DNA from: Bacilli bacterium
GTDB taxonomy: Bacteria; Bacillota_I; Bacilli_A; RF39; UBA660
NCBI GenBank assembly: GCA_017887425.1
Contig: JAGHHZ010000024.1
Location: forward strand, 49,534 to 113,533
DNA length: 64,000 bases
Reading direction: 5' to 3'
In this document: positions 1 through 9,463 of the stretch, piece after piece
How positions within the stretch are numbered: position 1 is the first letter of the stretch
Layout of the letters: every line of letters begins with the position of its first letter
Translations under genes and position numbers: made by a program
The notes under the pieces: generated by a model
The model's database searches: none
Seen by the model: the letters and a program-made list of their open reading frames with translations, nothing else
What the model was told of the DNA's origin: nothing

Positions 1-836
1 CTTGCTCATTTAATAAATTTATTCCCATTTTAACATCTAAATTAAATAATCGCGATCATAGAAAAATAACAGTTATTGATGGTAAAGTCGCATTTACTGG
101 AGGAATAAATCTAGCTGATGAATATATTAATGAAATCGAAAGATTTGGTCATTGGAAAGATAACGGCGTTTTAATTAAAGGAGATGCAGTTTGGAATTTT
201 ACAGTTATTTTCTTATCTTTATGGGATTATATTCATGGAAAAAATGAAAACTTTGAAAGCTTTAGACCCAAACAAGAAGTTATTAACTCTCAAGGTTTTG
301 TTCAACCTTATGATGATACTCCTTTAGATAACGAAAGAGTAGGTCAAACTGTTTATTTAAATTTAATAAATAAAGCTGAAAAATACATTTATATTACAAC
401 ACCTTATTTGATTATTGATGATGAGCTAGAAAATGCTTTATGTGTAGCTGCTAAAAGTGGTATTGATGTAAGAATAATTACTCCAGGAATACCTGATAAA
501 AAAATAGTCAATGAAGTTACGAAAGCATATTATAATGATTTAATAGAAAATGGGGTAAAGATATACGAATATTCCAAAGGATTTATTCATGCTAAAACAT
601 TTTTAGTCGATGACAAAATAGCTACTGTAGGAACCGTTAATTTAGATTATCGTAGCCTATATCTACACTTTGAATGTGGTGTTTTGATGTATAAAACAGA
701 ATGTATTAAAGACATTAAAGAAGATTTAGAAGAAACATTAAGTGTTTCTAAACAAGTTTTAATTGATGATACTAAAGTAGGATTGTTTAGAAGTTTAAAA
801 AGAGCAATTCTTCGTTTGTTTTCTCCATTAATGTAA
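1..836 (+). CDS. cls: Cardiolipin synthase (phospholipase D family), 5'-truncated by the window edge
   Basis: The frame is open from position 3 and merges with ORF 408..836. Two HKD motifs are visible (HRKITVIDGKVAFTGGINL and HAKTFLVDDKIATVGTVNLDYRS). Confidence 0.85.
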   Translation, partial: CSFNKFIPILTSKLNNRDHRKITVIDGKVAFTGGINLADEYINEIERFGHWKDNGVLIKGDAVWNFTVIFLSLWDYIHGKNENFESFRPKQEVINSQGFVQPYDDTPLDNERVGQTVYLNLINKAEKYIYITTPYLIIDDELENALCVAAKSGIDVRIITPGIPDKKIVNEVTKAYYNDLIENGVKIYEYSKGFIHAKTFLVDDKIATVGTVNLDYRSLYLHFECGVLMYKTECIKDIKEDLEETLSVSKQVLIDDTKVGLFRSLKRAILRLFSPLM

Positions 837-837
837 A

Positions 838-872
838 ATAAAAGACATTATTCATCAATGTCTTTAAAAAAC
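838..872. terminator. Bidirectional rho-independent terminator between cls and the convergent HTH gene
   Basis: Hairpin AAGACAT-tattcatca-ATGTCTT flanked by A/T runs on both sides. Confidence 0.55.
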
Positions 873-1099
873 TCCGTAATTGGAACATTTAGCTTTTTAG
901 ATAAAATATAGACAAATTCTAAACTGAAAGTTTGATAACTATTATTTTCGATATTAGCAATTGTTCCTTCATTATATTGAATTAAATCGGCTAGTTGGAC
1001 TTGGGTAAGATTTTTTTGCTTTCTAATTCGCTTGATATTACGTCCAACAATTACATATATATATTTGTTATCGTCTTTATTTATCTTCATAATTTCCAC
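848..1099 (-). CDS. XRE-family helix-turn-helix transcriptional regulator (83 aa)
   Basis: HTH_3-like segment LTQVQLADLIQYNEGTIANIENN. Small Cro/CI-like protein. Confidence 0.6.
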   Translation of the reverse strand: MEIMKINKDDNKYIYVIVGRNIKRIRKQKNLTQVQLADLIQYNEGTIANIENNSYQTFSLEFVYILSKKLNVPITEFFKDIDE

Positions 1100-1201
1100 C
1101 TAATTAAATCTTCTCATAAACAAATAGAGAACAACTACATTTAATATATGTACTTTCTGGTAAAAATATGTTAAAATGATAAAAAGAAAGGGAAACAATT
1201 T

Positions 1202-1420
1202 ATGGAAAGAGATTATTTTAAAAAATTACAGGAATTGCGAATACAACAAGGTTATACTTATCAAAAAATGGCTGATAAACTCCATATTAGTAAGTGCTAT
1301 TATTGGCAAATTGAAAATAAACAAAGAAATTTAACTTACAAAATGGCTTTTCAAATTGCTAAAATTTTAAAAACAAAACCTGATAAAATATTTTTAGAAG
1401 AATTAAAAGCTTCTAAATAA
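1202..1420 (+). CDS. XRE-family helix-turn-helix transcriptional regulator (72 aa), divergent from the 848..1099 gene
   Basis: HTH segment YTYQKMADKLHISKCYYWQIENKQRNLT. RBS AAAGGGAAA lies upstream. Confidence 0.55.
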   Translation: MERDYFKKLQELRIQQGYTYQKMADKLHISKCYYWQIENKQRNLTYKMAFQIAKILKTKPDKIFLEELKASK

Positions 1421-1555
1421 TTATATTAAAATTAAACATTTATCATTTTAACAATCAAAATATTTTTAAGTTGATAACTACTTTACGGTAGTTTTTTCTT
1501 TTATTGCTTATAATAACAATAAAAATTAGCTAAATTTATTGATACTTATGATATA

Positions 1556-2596
1556 ATGGATATAGGTGTAAATATGAATATATATAACTATACAATTAAA
1601 CAATTAGAAGAATATTTTTTAAATAAAAATGAAAAGAAATTTAAAGCAACGCAAGTCTTTGAATGGTTATATCAAAAAAGAGTTACATCTTTTGATGAAA
1701 TGACTAATATAAAAAAAGAAGTGATTAATTATTTAAAACAAGATTTTAAATTTGAAGATTTAAAACTTTTGACTAAACAAGAAGATATTGATGTTTGTAA
1801 ATTCTTATTTGAATTAAAAGATGGCAATAAAATTGAAGCTGTTTTGATGAAACATGATTATGGTAATAGCTTATGTGTTTCTAGCCAAGTTGGCTGTAAT
1901 ATGGGATGTAAATTTTGTGAAAGTGGAAGATTAAAAAAAGTTCGTAATTTAGAAACAGGTGAAATGGTACTACAGCTTTTAAAGGTTGAAAAAGAATTAA
2001 ATATTCGTATTTCACATCTAGTTTTGATGGGTATTGGCGAACCATTTGATAATTATGACAATGTTATTAATTTTATCGATATTATTAATACACCTAAAGG
2101 AATTGCTTTAGGAAGCCGTCATATTACTGTTTCAACATGTGGAATAATTCCTAAAATAAAAGAGTTTATCAAAGATGGTAAACAAGTTAATTTAGCTATT
2201 AGTCTTCATGCTTCAAACGATAAATTAAGAAACGAATTAATGCCGATTAGTAAAGTATACAAATTAGATGATTTAATCAAAACTATTAAAGAATATATTA
2301 AGGAAACTAATAGAAGAGTAACATTTGAATATATTTTATTAAAAGGCATTAATGATAAAAAAGAAAATGCTTTAGAGTTAGCTAAACTTTTAAAAGGAAT
2401 GAATTGCTATGTCAATTTAATTCCTTACAATGAAACTAGTCATATCGAATTTAAAAAAAGTGACCAAAAAACAATTTTAAATTTTTATGACACATTGAAG
2501 AAAAACAACATTGGAGTTACAATTAGACGCGAATTTGGTAAAAAAGTAAGTGCTGCTTGTGGCCAATTAAGAGCTAACTACAAGGAGGAATTATAA
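1556..2596 (+). CDS. rlmN: 23S rRNA/tRNA adenine C2 methyltransferase RlmN (radical SAM, Cfr family)
   Basis: CNMGCKFCESG radical SAM cluster. The C-terminal CGQL motif is typical of RlmN. Syntenic position upstream of stp-pknB as in B. subtilis yloN. The true start may be the internal Met at 1574. Confidence 0.9.
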   Translation: MDIGVNMNIYNYTIKQLEEYFLNKNEKKFKATQVFEWLYQKRVTSFDEMTNIKKEVINYLKQDFKFEDLKLLTKQEDIDVCKFLFELKDGNKIEAVLMKHDYGNSLCVSSQVGCNMGCKFCESGRLKKVRNLETGEMVLQLLKVEKELNIRISHLVLMGIGEPFDNYDNVINFIDIINTPKGIALGSRHITVSTCGIIPKIKEFIKDGKQVNLAISLHASNDKLRNELMPISKVYKLDDLIKTIKEYIKETNRRVTFEYILLKGINDKKENALELAKLLKGMNCYVNLIPYNETSHIEFKKSDQKTILNFYDTLKKNNIGVTIRREFGKKVSAACGQLRANYKEEL

Positions 2597-3336
2597 TGGA
2601 ATATGCATATTTAACAGATCCAGGAAAAGTAAGAGATCACAATGAAGATAGTGTTATTATTGTTAAAAATGAAATGGGTGAAATCTTATTAGCTGTTGCT
2701 GATGGTATGGGAGGACATTGTGGTGGCGAAATTGCCTCTAGTATTGCTATTTCTCATATTGGAGACAGATTTAGAAAAACTAGTTCTGTTGGAACTAAAG
2801 AAGATGCCATTAGTTTTATTAAAGAAATAGTTAGTGAAGCTAATGTTTTGTTATATAAATATACCAGTGAACATAAAGAAAGTTCAGGCATGGGAACAAC
2901 GATAGTATTAGCTTTAGTAACAAAGGAATTTTTGTTATTTGGTAATATTGGTGATTCTTCAGGTTATGTGTTAAGGAAAAATAAACTTCACAAAATAACA
3001 ACCGATCATACTTTGGTAAGTTTACTAGTTAAATCTGGTGAATTGACCGAAGAAGAAGCTAAAGATCATCCAAGAAAAAATGTCTTAATGCGAGCTTTAG
3101 GAGCTACTAATACGGTTGAGATGGATATATTTGATGTCGAAAGAGATGTCGATGGTATTCTATTATGTAGCGATGGTCTTACTAACATGTTAGATGATGA
3201 ACAAATCGCTAAAGTACTAGTTGACGAAGATATTAATATTGAAGATAGATTAAAAAAATTAATCGTTAAATGTAATAATCGTGGGGGAACTGATAATATT
3301 TCTATTGCATATTTAAAGGATGGTGTAAAAAAATGA
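2596..3336 (+). CDS. stp: PP2C-family Ser/Thr protein phosphatase (Stp/PrpC)
   Basis: PP2C motifs DGMGGH, GDSSGY, LLCSDGLTN. Overlapping start/stop coupling with the flanking genes. Confidence 0.9.
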   Translation: MEYAYLTDPGKVRDHNEDSVIIVKNEMGEILLAVADGMGGHCGGEIASSIAISHIGDRFRKTSSVGTKEDAISFIKEIVSEANVLLYKYTSEHKESSGMGTTIVLALVTKEFLLFGNIGDSSGYVLRKNKLHKITTDHTLVSLLVKSGELTEEEAKDHPRKNVLMRALGATNTVEMDIFDVERDVDGILLCSDGLTNMLDDEQIAKVLVDEDINIEDRLKKLIVKCNNRGGTDNISIAYLKDGVKK

Positions 3337-5063
3337 TTACAAAAGGGGACAAAATAAATGATCGTTATCAGATTATTAAAACGATTGGCGAAGGTGGTAT
3401 GGCTAATGTCTATTTAGCTCAAGATACAATTTTAAATAGACAAGTAGCTGTAAAGATATTAAGAGGAGATTTAGCTGATGATGAAAAGTTCGTAAGACGT
3501 TTTCAAAGAGAAGCTCTATCAGCTAGTAAACTAAATCATCCTAACATTGTTGAAGTTTATGATGTTGGTGAAGATAATGGTCAATATTATATCGTTATGG
3601 AATATGTTAATGGTAAAACATTGAAAAGTTTAGTTAAAAAACGAGGTGCTTTAACTTTACCAGAAGTAATTGATATTATGACACAACTATTAAGTGCAGT
3701 TATGTGTGCTCATGATAGTTATATTATCCACCGTGATATCAAACCACAAAATGTTATGATTTTAGAAGATGGAAAAGTCAAAATCATGGATTTTGGGATT
3801 GCGATGGCTTTAAATAGTAATGAACTAACGCAAACCAATTCCGTTATGGGGTCAGTTCATTATCTACCACCAGAACAGGCTAATGGTAGTGGTTCAACAA
3901 TTAAATCGGATATTTATTCTTTAGGTATTTTAATGTATGAACTATTAACAGGTAAAGTACCATTTAAAGGCGATAATGCTGTGGAAATTGCTATTAAGCA
4001 GATGAAAGAACCTATTCCATCTGTTTGTAAACAAAATCCCGATATACCACAATCAATTGAAAATATTATTTTAAGAGCTTGTGCAAAAAATCCTAAAAAT
4101 CGTTATGATTCAGTTAAAGAAATGTATGAAGATGTTTTAAAAGCTTTAAACGAAGATGAGATGAATCAAAAGAAATTAGTCTATAAATATCCAGAACATG
4201 AATTAGAAGAAACAAAAGTTATGCCTAATTTAAGCCGTCTAGAAAAGAATCAAAAGGAGGAAGAAGAAGTGCCAAAAGTTAAAAAGAAAAAAAGCGTTAA
4301 AGATAAAATATTGTGGATAACTGGTGGCATTTGTGCAGTATTAGTTGCTTTAATCTGCTTATTTATCATTGTCTACCCTAAATTAGTTGAAGTACCTGAT
4401 GTTACAATTCCCGATGTTAGTAATTTAACTGTTCCAGAAGCTGAAGCTAAGTTAAAAGAAACAGGGTTATTAGTAGCTAGTGACGTTGAAGAAAAAGAAA
4501 ATGATGAAATCGAACCAGGAAAAGTTGTGGGAACTAATCCTCAAGTTGGAAGAACTGTTAAAGAAGGAACTGAAGTAACTATTATTATTGCTAAAGAAAG
4601 TGGTAAAGTAACTTTAGAAAATTATGTTGGAATGACTTATAAAACAGTTGAAGCTAATTTAAAAAATGCTGGATTAAATGTTATTGTCGAACCAAGAAAA
4701 ATTGCTAAAGATGATCAAGAAGATTATCAATATGATGAGTTCGATATAATTGAACAAAGTGCTAGTGAAGGAACATCTTTAGATCCAGGAGATACTATTA
4801 TTTTATACTATGCTGTATTTACAGTTGAGTATCCAAATTTCTTTGAAGAAAATTATACACTTGAAGCAGTTCAAGAATTCTGTGAAGAAAATGATGTTAA
4901 TTTAGAAGTTAATTATCAAACTAGTGATGAATATCCAGAAGGAACAATAATTAGTCAAAACCGTACCGGTGAAGTTATAGCAGGATCTACTTTAACTATT
5001 ACTGTAACCCAAAGAACTCCATCAGAACCAACAACTCCAGAAGTTCCAGAGACAATTGAATAA
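3333..5063 (+). CDS. pknB: Ser/Thr protein kinase PknB/PrkC with one TM helix and three extracellular PASTA domains
   Basis: Hanks kinase motifs (GEGGMANVY, HRDIKPQN, DFGIA, SVHYLPPE). TM helix ILWITGGICAVLVALICLFIIV. Three roughly 65-aa PASTA-like repeats follow. Confidence 0.92.
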   Translation: MITKGDKINDRYQIIKTIGEGGMANVYLAQDTILNRQVAVKILRGDLADDEKFVRRFQREALSASKLNHPNIVEVYDVGEDNGQYYIVMEYVNGKTLKSLVKKRGALTLPEVIDIMTQLLSAVMCAHDSYIIHRDIKPQNVMILEDGKVKIMDFGIAMALNSNELTQTNSVMGSVHYLPPEQANGSGSTIKSDIYSLGILMYELLTGKVPFKGDNAVEIAIKQMKEPIPSVCKQNPDIPQSIENIILRACAKNPKNRYDSVKEMYEDVLKALNEDEMNQKKLVYKYPEHELEETKVMPNLSRLEKNQKEEEEVPKVKKKKSVKDKILWITGGICAVLVALICLFIIVYPKLVEVPDVTIPDVSNLTVPEAEAKLKETGLLVASDVEEKENDEIEPGKVVGTNPQVGRTVKEGTEVTIIIAKESGKVTLENYVGMTYKTVEANLKNAGLNVIVEPRKIAKDDQEDYQYDEFDIIEQSASEGTSLDPGDTIILYYAVFTVEYPNFFEENYTLEAVQEFCEENDVNLEVNYQTSDEYPEGTIISQNRTGEVIAGSTLTITVTQRTPSEPTTPEVPETIE

Positions 5064-5887
5064 TGCAAGGAAAGATAATTAAAATTATCAGTAATAATTT
5101 TACTGTTTTAGCTGATAAGGAGTATATTTGTGGGGCGAGGGGAAAATTTAGAAATTTAAAAATCACACCATTAGTTGGTGATGAAGTAACTTTTGATGAA
5201 AAGAAAAAAATAATATTACAAATTTCTAGTCGAAAAAACAGCTTAATCAGACCACCGATTGCTAATATTGATCAAGCTTTGATTGTTGTTAGTGTTAAAG
5301 AGCCTAATTTAGATTTATATTTATTAGATAAACTTTTATGTCTTATCGAATTTAATAATATTAAACCAATTATTTGCTTTACTAAATTAGATTTATTAGA
5401 TGATTTAAAAGAAATAAAAAAAATCGAAGATTACTATCGTAAAATAGGTTATGAAGTTTATGAAAATAAAGATGAAAGTATAAAAAAAATATTTAAAAAT
5501 AAAATCACAGTTTTTGCTGGTCAGTCAGGAGCTGGAAAATCAACTTTATTAAATATTTTAGATAATTCTTTGAATCTACAAACTAATGATATTTCTAAAG
5601 CTTTAGGGCGAGGTAAACATACAACTAGACACGTAAGTTTACTTCCTATATTAGGTGGTTGGTGTGCTGATACACCTGGGTTTTCTAGTTTGAATTTAAA
5701 TGAGATGAGTCACAGTGATATTAAAGATAATTTTGTTGAATTTAATTTATACCGTGATAAATGTGCTTATAAAGATTGTATGCACGATAAAGAAGATGAC
5801 TGTGAAATTAAAAGAAGATTAGGTAAAGATATTTTAGAAAGTCGTTATGAAAATTATATTAAGTTTTTAAGAAAGGAAAAAATATGA
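5063..5887 (+). CDS. rsgA: Ribosome small-subunit biogenesis GTPase RsgA (CpgA)
   Basis: Circularly permuted GTPase with P-loop GQSGAGKSTLLN and a C-terminal zinc knuckle CAYKDCMHDKEDDCEI. Confidence 0.9.
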   Translation: MQGKIIKIISNNFTVLADKEYICGARGKFRNLKITPLVGDEVTFDEKKKIILQISSRKNSLIRPPIANIDQALIVVSVKEPNLDLYLLDKLLCLIEFNNIKPIICFTKLDLLDDLKEIKKIEDYYRKIGYEVYENKDESIKKIFKNKITVFAGQSGAGKSTLLNILDNSLNLQTNDISKALGRGKHTTRHVSLLPILGGWCADTPGFSSLNLNEMSHSDIKDNFVEFNLYRDKCAYKDCMHDKEDDCEIKRRLGKDILESRYENYIKFLRKEKI

Positions 5888-6519
5888 AAATATCTGCTTC
5901 ATTTTTATCAATTAAAGATAATTTAAAAGAAAATATCGATTTATTAACTAAATGTGATATTGATTATCTTCATTTAGATATTATGGATGGGATATTTGTT
6001 AAAAATAAAACATGGGATATTTCAGAAATTAAAAACTTAATTAATTATAATAAACCGTTAGATGTACATTTAATGGTTAGCGACGTTTATAAATATGTTG
6101 ACGAATATAAAGACCTTAATCCAGAATTTATAACATTTCATTATGAAGTTGATTTAGATATTATGGATATTATTAATTATATAAAGAAATATAATATTAA
6201 AGTAGGTTTGTCAATTAAACCAAATACAAAAGTAGATGAAATAATACCTTATTTACCATATCTCGATTTAATATTAGTTATGAGTGTCGAACCAGGTGAA
6301 GGAGGACAAAAATTTATAATTGATAGTGTTGATAAAATAAAAAAATTAAAAGAATTAAAAGAATTAAAAGGTGACTATTTAATTGAAGTTGATGGCGGTA
6401 TTAACGATAGTACAATTAGTTTAGTAAAAGATGTTGATATCGCTGTTATTGGAAGTTATATTACTAGTGGTAATTATGAAGAAAAAATTAAAAGTATAAA
6501 GGAGAAAATTTATGGATGA
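5884..6519 (+). CDS. rpe: Ribulose-phosphate 3-epimerase
   Basis: Motifs DVHLMV, ITFH, MSVEPGEGGQKF, EVDGGIN. Syntenic after rsgA. Confidence 0.9.
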   Translation: MKISASFLSIKDNLKENIDLLTKCDIDYLHLDIMDGIFVKNKTWDISEIKNLINYNKPLDVHLMVSDVYKYVDEYKDLNPEFITFHYEVDLDIMDIINYIKKYNIKVGLSIKPNTKVDEIIPYLPYLDLILVMSVEPGEGGQKFIIDSVDKIKKLKELKELKGDYLIEVDGGINDSTISLVKDVDIAVIGSYITSGNYEEKIKSIKEKIYG

Positions 6520-7054
6520 TATTTTGTTAGAAACCGAAAGTAGAATGGAAAGTGCAATCGAATCGTTAGAAAAAAAATTTACTAATATTAGAGCAGGGAG
6601 AGCTAATCCAAATATTTTAGATGGTGTTTTAGTTAATTATTATGGTGCTCCAACCCCTTTAAAACAATTAGCAAATATTTCAATTCCTGAAGCAAGACAA
6701 TTAGCAATTAAACCTTTTGATAAAAGTGCTTTAAGCGCTATTGAAAAAGGAATATACGAAGCTAATATTGGTTTAACGCCAAATAATAATGGTGAAATTA
6801 TTATTTTAAATATCCCAGCTTTAACCGAAGAGACAAGAAAAGAATATGTTAAACAAGCAAAACAAGCTGCTGAAGAAATTAGAATCGCTTTAAGAAATAT
6901 AAGACAAGATGCTAATAACGATGCTAAAAAATTAGAAGTTCCAGAAGATGACATTAAATATTGCACAAATGAAATTCAAGAATTAATCAATAAATATAAC
7001 AAAATAGTTGATGAAAAACTAGAGGTTAAAGAAAAAGAATTATTAAGCGTATAG
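6512..7054 (+). CDS. frr: Ribosome recycling factor
   Basis: Near-collinear with E. coli RRF (RAGRANPNILDGVLVNYYGAPTPLKQLA, TEETRKEYVKQAK). Its location after rpe rather than in a pyrH-frr cluster is unusual. Confidence 0.9.
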   Translation: MDDILLETESRMESAIESLEKKFTNIRAGRANPNILDGVLVNYYGAPTPLKQLANISIPEARQLAIKPFDKSALSAIEKGIYEANIGLTPNNNGEIIILNIPALTEETRKEYVKQAKQAAEEIRIALRNIRQDANNDAKKLEVPEDDIKYCTNEIQELINKYNKIVDEKLEVKEKELLSV

Positions 7055-7064
7055 GAGGAATATT

Positions 7065-8222
7065 ATGTTTCGAAAAAAACAAGATAAAGAGTTAAACTAT
7101 ACCAAAATAAATGATTTAGTTTCTTTATCACATAATGTCTTAAGAATATTGTTTATTTTATTAATTATTATTGGCGTTTACTGCTTAATTAGACTTATTA
7201 AAGAGGTTCAAATTTTACCATTTGTTTTAACTGTTTTAGGCCTTTTATCGCCGTTATTTATCGGAATTGTTGTGGCTTGGTTATTTGATCCTTTTGTCAC
7301 TTATTTAAATAAAAAAGGAATAAGAAGAGGACTAGGTGCGGCAATTAGCTATGCAATATTTTTGGGAATAATAGTTTTGATATTGACAGCTTTAATACCA
7401 CTATTATCTGAACAAGTAAATGACTTTGTAACGACAACAGTCCCAGCTTTATTTACAAGTGTCCGAGAATTTATTGATAATTTCTTTAACAGCTTAAATA
7501 ATATTGAAAACTTTGATGCTTTTGCAATGCGTGATGAAATATTTAATAATTTAGAATCAATAGCAACTAATTTAACTAGTTCATTACCAGATTTATTAGT
7601 TAGCATTGTCACTTCATTATTCTCAGGAATTGGCGTTTTTGCTGTCGGTTTAATTATTGGTTTTTACTTATTGTTAGATTTTGATAAAAATACTGATACT
7701 TTATTTAGCTTAGTTCCTAAAAAATACCGCAGTGAAACTAAAAAATGTTTAAATGCTGTTAATAAGCCTTTAAAAAGATTTGTCAATGGTGCCTTAATTG
7801 ACTGTAGTATTATTTTTGTAGTAACTACGATTGGCTTTTCAATTATCGGACTTAAAGCACCACTATTATTTGCTGTTTTTTGTGCGATAACTAATGTTAT
7901 TCCATATGCTGGACCATATATAGGGGGTGCGCCTGCTGTTTTAGTAGGACTTACTCAATCTCCGACAATTGGTATTGCTGTTTTAATCTTTATCGTTGTT
8001 GTTCAAGCAGTTGAAGGAAACTTATTACAACCATTTATTATGAGTAAAACAACTAAATTAAATCCTGTCACTATTATTTTAGGTTTGTTAGTATTTGGAT
8101 ATTTCTTTGGTATTTTAGGTATGATTTTATCAACACCAATTATTGGTGCAATTAAAGAATTAATTAACTTCTTTGATGAAAAATATGACTTTTTAAATTT
8201 TGAAAAAGATAGTGAAAACTAG
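7065..8222 (+). CDS. AI-2E family transporter (PerM/YtvI-like, UPF0118)
   Basis: Polytopic membrane protein of 385 aa with the characteristic C-terminal GxxGxxLxxP region. Confidence 0.75.
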   Translation: MFRKKQDKELNYTKINDLVSLSHNVLRILFILLIIIGVYCLIRLIKEVQILPFVLTVLGLLSPLFIGIVVAWLFDPFVTYLNKKGIRRGLGAAISYAIFLGIIVLILTALIPLLSEQVNDFVTTTVPALFTSVREFIDNFFNSLNNIENFDAFAMRDEIFNNLESIATNLTSSLPDLLVSIVTSLFSGIGVFAVGLIIGFYLLLDFDKNTDTLFSLVPKKYRSETKKCLNAVNKPLKRFVNGALIDCSIIFVVTTIGFSIIGLKAPLLFAVFCAITNVIPYAGPYIGGAPAVLVGLTQSPTIGIAVLIFIVVVQAVEGNLLQPFIMSKTTKLNPVTIILGLLVFGYFFGILGMILSTPIIGAIKELINFFDEKYDFLNFEKDSEN

Positions 8223-8266
8223 TCTTTTTTATTTAATTTATGATATACTATATTTGGTGGTTAATC

Positions 8267-8800
8267 ATGCAATATAATAATAAAAATCCTAAAATATTTA
8301 TTTTATCAGGTAAAGCTAAAAGTGGTAAAAATATGGTGGCTGATATCATTGAAGCATATTATACTGATAAAAAATGTATTCAATTATCTTATGCTTATTA
8401 TTTAAAACAATATATAAAAAAAATAACTAATTGGGATGGTAGTGAAGAAAATAAACCTCGTGATTTATTGCAATCGTTAGGGATTGATTTAATAAAAAAA
8501 ATAGATCAAAAATTATTGATTAGAAGAGTAATGGAAGATATTAAGGTTTATAGTTATTTTTATGATGTTATTATTGTGACAGATGCGAGATTAATCGAAG
8601 AAATAGAAGAACCTAAAAGAATATTTAATTGTATAACAGTTAGAATTAATAAAGATGATAATAATTTAACTGAAGAGCAAAAGAATCATATTACCGAAAC
8701 TAATTTAGATAATTATTCGAATTTTGATTATATAATCGAAAATAAAAATATAGAAGACTTGAAAAAACAAATTATAAATATTTTAAAGGAGGTATCTTAA
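8267..8800 (+). CDS. P-loop NTPase, possibly a dNMP-kinase-like hypothetical protein
   Basis: N-terminal Walker-A-like ILSGKAKSGKNMVA. The start is placed at the internal Met preceded by GGTGG. No further recognisable motifs. Confidence 0.4.
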   Translation: MQYNNKNPKIFILSGKAKSGKNMVADIIEAYYTDKKCIQLSYAYYLKQYIKKITNWDGSEENKPRDLLQSLGIDLIKKIDQKLLIRRVMEDIKVYSYFYDVIIVTDARLIEEIEEPKRIFNCITVRINKDDNNLTEEQKNHITETNLDNYSNFDYIIENKNIEDLKKQIINILKEVS

Positions 8801-9463
8801 ATGAAAGTAGTAGCAATCGATGGTCCAGCAGGAAGTGGTAAAGGAACTATCGCTAGTATATTATCGAAAAAATGTAATTTAGTAAACATCGACACAGGAG
8901 CAACATATCGCTGTGTAGCTTTAGCTTGTTTACGTAATAATTTGACTTTAGAAGATAAAGAAGAAATAATAAAATTATCTGGAGAAATCGATATTAAAAT
9001 TGATTTAGATAATAAAGTTTATTTAAATGGTGAAGACGTTACTGATGAAATTAGAAGTAAAGAGGTAACTAATATTGTCTCTCCCGTTTCTAGTATTGTT
9101 GAGGTAAGAAAAAATATGGTTGATTTACAAAGAAAAATGGCCAGTAACTATGATGTTGTCATGGAGGGAAGAGATATAACAACTGTTGTTTTTCCTAATG
9201 CTAATTATAAATTTTACTTAGATGCCTCATTAGAAAAGCGAGTTGAAAGAAGAATTAAACAAAATAAAGAAAAAGGCATTGATATGAGTTATGATGAAGT
9301 TTATGAAAATATTAAAGCTCGTGATTATAATGATATGCATAAAGAAGTAGGGGCATTAAAAAGAACTGATGAACAAATTTATATTGATTCTACTAATATG
9401 CCAATTGAAGAAGTTGTTAATAAATTTATTGAAGTAATAGAAGGTGATAAAAATGAATCTTAA
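8801..9463 (+). CDS. cmk: Cytidylate kinase
   Basis: VVAIDGPAGSGKGT P-loop with the typical CMP kinase layout. 220 aa. Confidence 0.9.
   Translation: MKVVAIDGPAGSGKGTIASILSKKCNLVNIDTGATYRCVALACLRNNLTLEDKEEIIKLSGEIDIKIDLDNKVYLNGEDVTDEIRSKEVTNIVSPVSSIVEVRKNMVDLQRKMASNYDVVMEGRDITTVVFPNANYKFYLDASLEKRVERRIKQNKEKGIDMSYDEVYENIKARDYNDMHKEVGALKRTDEQIYIDSTNMPIEEVVNKFIEVIEGDKNES

Noticed and set aside
848-1420. Prophage or mobile element call around the XRE HTH pair
   Set aside because: No integrase, recombinase, terminase, att-like direct repeats or tRNA target were seen. The neighbours are core genes (cls, rlmN). The evidence is insufficient for a mobile element.
6640-6966. 108-aa antisense ORF inside frr
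   Set aside because: It lies fully within the well-supported frr gene on the opposite strand, has no RBS, and the composition is typical of an AT-rich antisense frame.
7349-7612. 87-aa antisense ORF inside the AI-2E transporter gene
   Set aside because: It is embedded in a confidently called membrane protein gene. It has no start context.
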